Assembly: GCA_051531975.1 (NCBI GenBank)
Contig: JAOPTT010000002.1
Coordinates: 601,968-665,967, forward strand
DNA: 64,000 nt
Direction of reading: 5' to 3'
Source of the DNA: Spirochaetaceae bacterium
Lineage (GTDB): Bacteria > Spirochaetota > Spirochaetia > DSM-2461
A program made the position numbers and the translations under genes. Numbering within the stretch: the first letter of the stretch is position 1; each line of letters starts with the position of its first letter. Below the pieces are notes generated by a model. That model was not told the origin of the DNA. It did not search any database and saw only the letters and a program-made list of their open reading frames with translations. Below, one piece after another: positions 59,945 through 64,000 of the stretch.

Positions 59945-62203
59945 CTAATTAGCCGCTAAAACCATTTTTCTAAATTCTGTGGCGCTGTGATTATGTTTTC
60001 TTTTAAAAACCTTACTGAAAGTATTTAGTGAACTATACCCAGCATCATAGGCAATCATTTTAAGAGGTTCATTAGTATTTGAAAGTTTATCTTTTACATA
60101 CTCCAGTCTCATATCCTCAATATAATTCCTGAAAGACTCATCAAACAGTCGGGTGAATATTCTGGAGAAATAGAATGAGGATAGTTGAAATTCTTCTGCA
60201 ACCATTAATAAGTTGAGGTTATTATCTCTGAAGTTTTTACGAAGAAAACCGTGGATTTTTGTTTTAAGTATACTATCCTGGGTATTTTCAGCAGAATGAA
60301 CCATCCCAGACAGATCCTGAAAGAGTTCACTTATAGCCCCAAAACACTCTTTAAGATCATTAATATGATAAGATGAAAGACTTTTAATTCTCTGCTCCAT
60401 CCTAATGTTATCCAGACCGGTTTCAGAATAAGTTTTAAGCAGTGTTGCGATCAAGTTGTATAAAAATAGACGTTGTACTTCCGGCGACTGCAAATCCGGA
60501 TTCATATTTTTTAACTGCGATTCCTTTAAAAAGTGATTCAATTCCTCTGTTTTCCCAAGTTTTACATAGCTAACAAGGCGGTTTTCCATTTCAACAGTAT
60601 AAAAGAAGTGGATTTTATTACCCTTTGAATTAACATTAAAAACAGCAAAATCTTCAAGATTCCCAGGAATTGATTTCAGTATAATTTTAGCTTCTGTCAG
60701 AGATTTGTAGAGATCTGATAGATTTTCACGGACTAAACCAATCCCGAATTTTAGTCTTTCATGAAGTTCATTCTCTAGTTTGTCTTTGACTGACCGAAAC
60801 AAATCTTCCGCTTTCTTCATAGCTTCATTTTTATCAAACCCGGTAAGTTTACCAATTAATGCAAATCTTGTTGGAGAGATCTGATGGTAATTTATGGTAT
60901 CGGTATAATAATTTTGAAGAAACTCTCTGATTGCTATTTGAGTGAAAATTCCATCTCGGCTATCATTCAGACATATGTCTACGCAGGCTATTGCAAAATA
61001 ACCAGCTTCAAAATCGAGATCAAGAAGTTTTGAGTTATTAAGTATTTCAACTTCAGTTAATTCCCCTGATAAGAGAGATTTATAAAACAGTTGTTCGATA
61101 TAGGGTTTTTGTAACTTCAGCTCATTTTTAAGTTTCCGGTTTTGACCGGTAATGTCTCTGAAAAAGCTCCCGATATCAGAGGATGATTTTTCACCTGATT
61201 CTATATCTAATTGTTGCTTTTTTATACCTTTTAATATGTCAAACAGTGGTTTAGAAGTAAAAAAAGATGCCACTATAGCAACTAGCGTTCCTATTAATGT
61301 TACAAATATTATAATAAAAATAGTAATTCTGGAAATGTATAATGCCTGAGAATTAATATCTTTTTTGGTTTGTGAAATAATGAGTTTCCCCGGAAAGTTC
61401 ACTAATTTATGGGTGGTTAAATAGAAAGAATCTTTCTCTAACATACTGACATTTTCAAATTCAGTTTGACTTTCCAGTATCTGTTTTGGAAAAGTTTTAT
61501 TGGTTGTGGAAATGATATTACCATTGTTTCCGATGATCCCGACACAACCATTCTCAGAATAAGATATCTCTTTTAGTTGTTTAAGGATTTCTGATTCGGG
61601 AAGGAAAAAAACTATTGACCCTGCAATATCTCCTTGAAACTGAAATGATTTAATATAAGGAATATAAGAAGTACTGCTCTCCTGTGAGTTATCAATAAAC
61701 TTTAGTTTTGTCAGGTAATCCCCTTTCCATTTCTTCCCGATATAATCACTGACCCAGGTCTCCTGGCTCATCCCCTGTGCTTTGGAAATATAGTTCCAAA
61801 ATGTTCCCAGACTGGAACAATGATTTGGTCCATAAACCATAAGGGAATTTTCAAGAAAGATATAATATTTCCCGATTATTTTATTAGACAGGCTGTAAGG
61901 GGTTAATTCATTGTTATTCAGAAAATTCCATTTATCATATTTATATTCAGATTGGTTTATTTCCTTCTCAAATAAATTTTCAAGTTGGGTTTCCATTATA
62001 GCATGAGAACCAACCCTCTCAATTTCATTAGTGACCTGATAAAATGTTTTTTCTATCTGTTCAATCTGAAATTGATTATTATCCTCAAGATGTTTCCTAG
62101 CAGTCAAAATAGTCTGTCTGTAGAATACACTTCCCATAATAAGGGGGATTATTATCACTATTGAGAAAAATATAATGTATCTTTGAAATATTTTACCTTT
62201 CAT
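59945..62203 (-). CDS. Membrane-anchored AraC-family regulator with extracytoplasmic sensor
   Basis: Two TM segments; C-terminal HTH AGYSSLNTFSKVFKR; divergent from the ABC permeases. Confidence 0.88.
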   Translation of the reverse strand: MKGKIFQRYIIFFSIVIIIPLIMGSVFYRQTILTARKHLEDNNQFQIEQIEKTFYQVTNEIERVGSHAIMETQLENLFEKEINQSEYKYDKWNFLNNNELTPYSLSNKIIGKYYIFLENSLMVYGPNHCSSLGTFWNYISKAQGMSQETWVSDYIGKKWKGDYLTKLKFIDNSQESSTSYIPYIKSFQFQGDIAGSIVFFLPESEILKQLKEISYSENGCVGIIGNNGNIISTTNKTFPKQILESQTEFENVSMLEKDSFYLTTHKLVNFPGKLIISQTKKDINSQALYISRITIFIIIFVTLIGTLVAIVASFFTSKPLFDILKGIKKQQLDIESGEKSSSDIGSFFRDITGQNRKLKNELKLQKPYIEQLFYKSLLSGELTEVEILNNSKLLDLDFEAGYFAIACVDICLNDSRDGIFTQIAIREFLQNYYTDTINYHQISPTRFALIGKLTGFDKNEAMKKAEDLFRSVKDKLENELHERLKFGIGLVRENLSDLYKSLTEAKIILKSIPGNLEDFAVFNVNSKGNKIHFFYTVEMENRLVSYVKLGKTEELNHFLKESQLKNMNPDLQSPEVQRLFLYNLIATLLKTYSETGLDNIRMEQRIKSLSSYHINDLKECFGAISELFQDLSGMVHSAENTQDSILKTKIHGFLRKNFRDNNLNLLMVAEEFQLSSFYFSRIFTRLFDESFRNYIEDMRLEYVKDKLSNTNEPLKMIAYDAGYSSLNTFSKVFKRKHNHSATEFRKMVLAAN

Positions 62204-62371
62204 AAGCTCCTAAACTCTCCCTAGTATAGCAAGGGAATACATTCTGTCATATTAAAATCCAATTCGATAGCAGATTAATCCATCAAAAGACAAGTCTTTC
62301 CAATTTACAGCAGTCAAACGTCTGTTATTCTGAATTATCGTTATATTAAATAAAATAATAAGGAGAATAAG

Positions 62372-63289
62372 TTGCTTCAAATTAAGAGAGAAAGTATATG
62401 GGGAAATATTAAAAAATATCCTGCTCTATACTTTATGCTGATTCCAGGAATCATCTGGCTGATACTATTTAGATATATACCTTTTATGGGATCAGTTATA
62501 GCTTTTCAGGATTATCAGATTTTTAGAGGAGTTATGGAAAGTCCCTGGGTGGGATTGAAGCACATTAAGAGCTTGATTGAATATCCTGATTTTTACAGAA
62601 TACTAAAAAATACATTAATCTTAGGTTGCTATACTGTAGCATTCACTTTTCCAGTTCCACTGATGTTAGCTATTATGATAAATGAAGTCACCTCCAACGT
62701 CGTAAAAAAAAGTGTCCAGACTATATTGTATATTCCCCATTTCTTCTCGTGGGTAATTATTGCGGGATTTGCTTTTCAACTGCTCGGTTCAGATGGTCTG
62801 GTTAATACGTTCCGTGAGTGGGTGGGATTGGAGCCTATACTTTTTATTCAATACCCTAAATATTTCCGAATGATTGTAACTGGAGCATCTATCTACAGGA
62901 ATGCAGGTTGGGGAACTATTGTTTATCTAGCGGCTATTTCAAGCATCCCTCCTGAAATTTATGAAGCTGCAGTTGTGGATGGAGCCAGCCGTTTACAGAG
63001 AATCCGCTTTATCACCTTTCCAATAATTCTGCCAACTGCCATTATTTTACTACTGTTATCCATTGGCCATTTTATGAATCTAGGCTTTGATCGAATTTTT
63101 GTATTCCTGACACCTATGACATATAAAGTTGGAGATATTTTTGATACCTATGTTTACAGAGCCGGAATTGCCCAGGGGCAATACAGTTTTGCAACAGCTG
63201 TAGGACTGTTCCAGAGCTTAGTAGGATTTACTTTGGTTGGAATATGTAATTATTTTTCTAAAAAAGTCGGCAACGAAGGGGTTTTCTAA
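62372..63289 (+). CDS. Carbohydrate ABC transporter permease (LplB-like)
   Basis: SPWVGLKH, PHFFSWV, IYEAAVVDGASR; TTG start with AAGGAG SD. Confidence 0.92.
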   Translation: MLQIKRESIWGNIKKYPALYFMLIPGIIWLILFRYIPFMGSVIAFQDYQIFRGVMESPWVGLKHIKSLIEYPDFYRILKNTLILGCYTVAFTFPVPLMLAIMINEVTSNVVKKSVQTILYIPHFFSWVIIAGFAFQLLGSDGLVNTFREWVGLEPILFIQYPKYFRMIVTGASIYRNAGWGTIVYLAAISSIPPEIYEAAVVDGASRLQRIRFITFPIILPTAIILLLLSIGHFMNLGFDRIFVFLTPMTYKVGDIFDTYVYRAGIAQGQYSFATAVGLFQSLVGFTLVGICNYFSKKVGNEGVF

Positions 63290-64000
63290 TGGGAAAATAT
63301 TACGATACGCTTAAAGACAAGCGACTTGGACGGAATATATCGGTAGTCCTTATTTTAGTTGGGCTCATATGTGCCTATCCGGTAATTAATACTCTGTTTG
63401 TTTCGATAAGTAGTGGATTTATGGCTGACAGAGGTAAAGTTTATTTTATTCCAAGGGAAGTAAATTTTGATTCATGGTCTTATATATTCAGAGATACATC
63501 TTTGTGGAGATCCATGGCAAATAGTATTTTTGTAACAATTATAGGAACCATAATAAGTTTATTAATAACATCTATGTTCGCTTATTCCCTTGCAAATAAG
63601 AAACTACATAAAAAAGTAGGAGCCACATTAAGTTTCTTAATCATATTCACAATGATATTCAGATATCCAATAATTCCCTATTTTCTTTCAATTAGATCCT
63701 ATGGACTTATGGATTCCCTTTGGGCATTGATTTTACCCCATGCAGTTGTTGCCTATAATCTGATTATCCTAAGAACTTTTTTCAGACAAATGCCAGATTC
63801 CCTAGAAGAGAGTGCGATAATGGAAGGTGCAGGATTTTTCCGTATACTCTTTCAGATTATTCTACCCCTAGCAAAACCGGCTCTAGCGACAATCGGTCTC
63901 TTTTATGCCGTTTCATACTGGAATCTATTCCTGCATACAATTCTATTTATTAGAAGTGATCATCTAATGACCCTTCAACCCAAACTTAGAATGATGCTCG
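63289..64000 (+). CDS. Carbohydrate ABC transporter permease, partial (runs off window)
   Basis: ATG overlaps the previous TAA; MGKYYDTL..RTFFRQMPDSLEESAIMEGAG..LPLAKPALATIGLFYAVSYWN. Confidence 0.88.
   Translation, partial: MGKYYDTLKDKRLGRNISVVLILVGLICAYPVINTLFVSISSGFMADRGKVYFIPREVNFDSWSYIFRDTSLWRSMANSIFVTIIGTIISLLITSMFAYSLANKKLHKKVGATLSFLIIFTMIFRYPIIPYFLSIRSYGLMDSLWALILPHAVVAYNLIILRTFFRQMPDSLEESAIMEGAGFFRILFQIILPLAKPALATIGLFYAVSYWNLFLHTILFIRSDHLMTLQPKLRMML

Noticed and set aside
472..61349. Numerous short ORFs (60-160 aa) antisense to or nested within called genes, e.g. 20025-20507, 21047-21427, 26821-27237
   Set aside because: They are shadows of well-supported genes, with no recognisable motifs or SD sequences.
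1..64000. tRNA/rRNA genes, prophage, integron or anti-phage defence operon
   Set aside because: No cloverleaf or rRNA-like sequence, phage structural genes, tyrosine integrase/attC pattern or recognisable defence genes were seen, apart from the two broken TA modules.

Overview
AT-rich bacterial chromosome segment, probably from a free-living spirochaete (inferred from Cys-less 'FANGQKE/FAGGQNE' solute-binding-protein leaders, an MCP and an outer-membrane beta-barrel). In order it contains: an FMN-riboswitch-controlled riboflavin operon (ribD-ribE-ribBA'); a lipoprotein and a cupin; an MCP and a hybrid kinase sharing one Cys-rich PAS sensor; an operon encoding a TPR-POTRA-Omp85-like protein, an FtsX-type ABC system and a two-component pair; a YesMN-like pair with a rhamnose ABC importer and rhaM; two decayed DDE-transposase elements flanking a luciferase-like (DUF5519-type) gene; an AraC/oxidoreductase cluster; a doubly interrupted PIN toxin-antitoxin pair; tcdA; a three-sulfatase/GH43/GH2/ABC carbohydrate locus; a REC-metallo-beta-lactamase-cNMP fusion; the rhamnose catabolic genes; a URO-D-family gene; a HicAB pair with frameshifted hicA; and a further AraC/ABC locus. 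The most striking unexplained signal is a non-coding element present twice (about 3130-3347 and 51069-51544, minus strand). Both copies have a conserved sigma70-type promoter, covarying hairpins, a 36-nt identical core, a TTG-start Pro-Pro micro-ORF and a terminal hairpin. The second copy also carries a roughly 260-nt, nearly C-free array of about 28 UUAG motifs at its 5' end, suggesting an undescribed paralogous sRNA or protein-sponge family. Five genes also appear to be leaderless. All calls are by eye from sequence motifs; no database searches were run.
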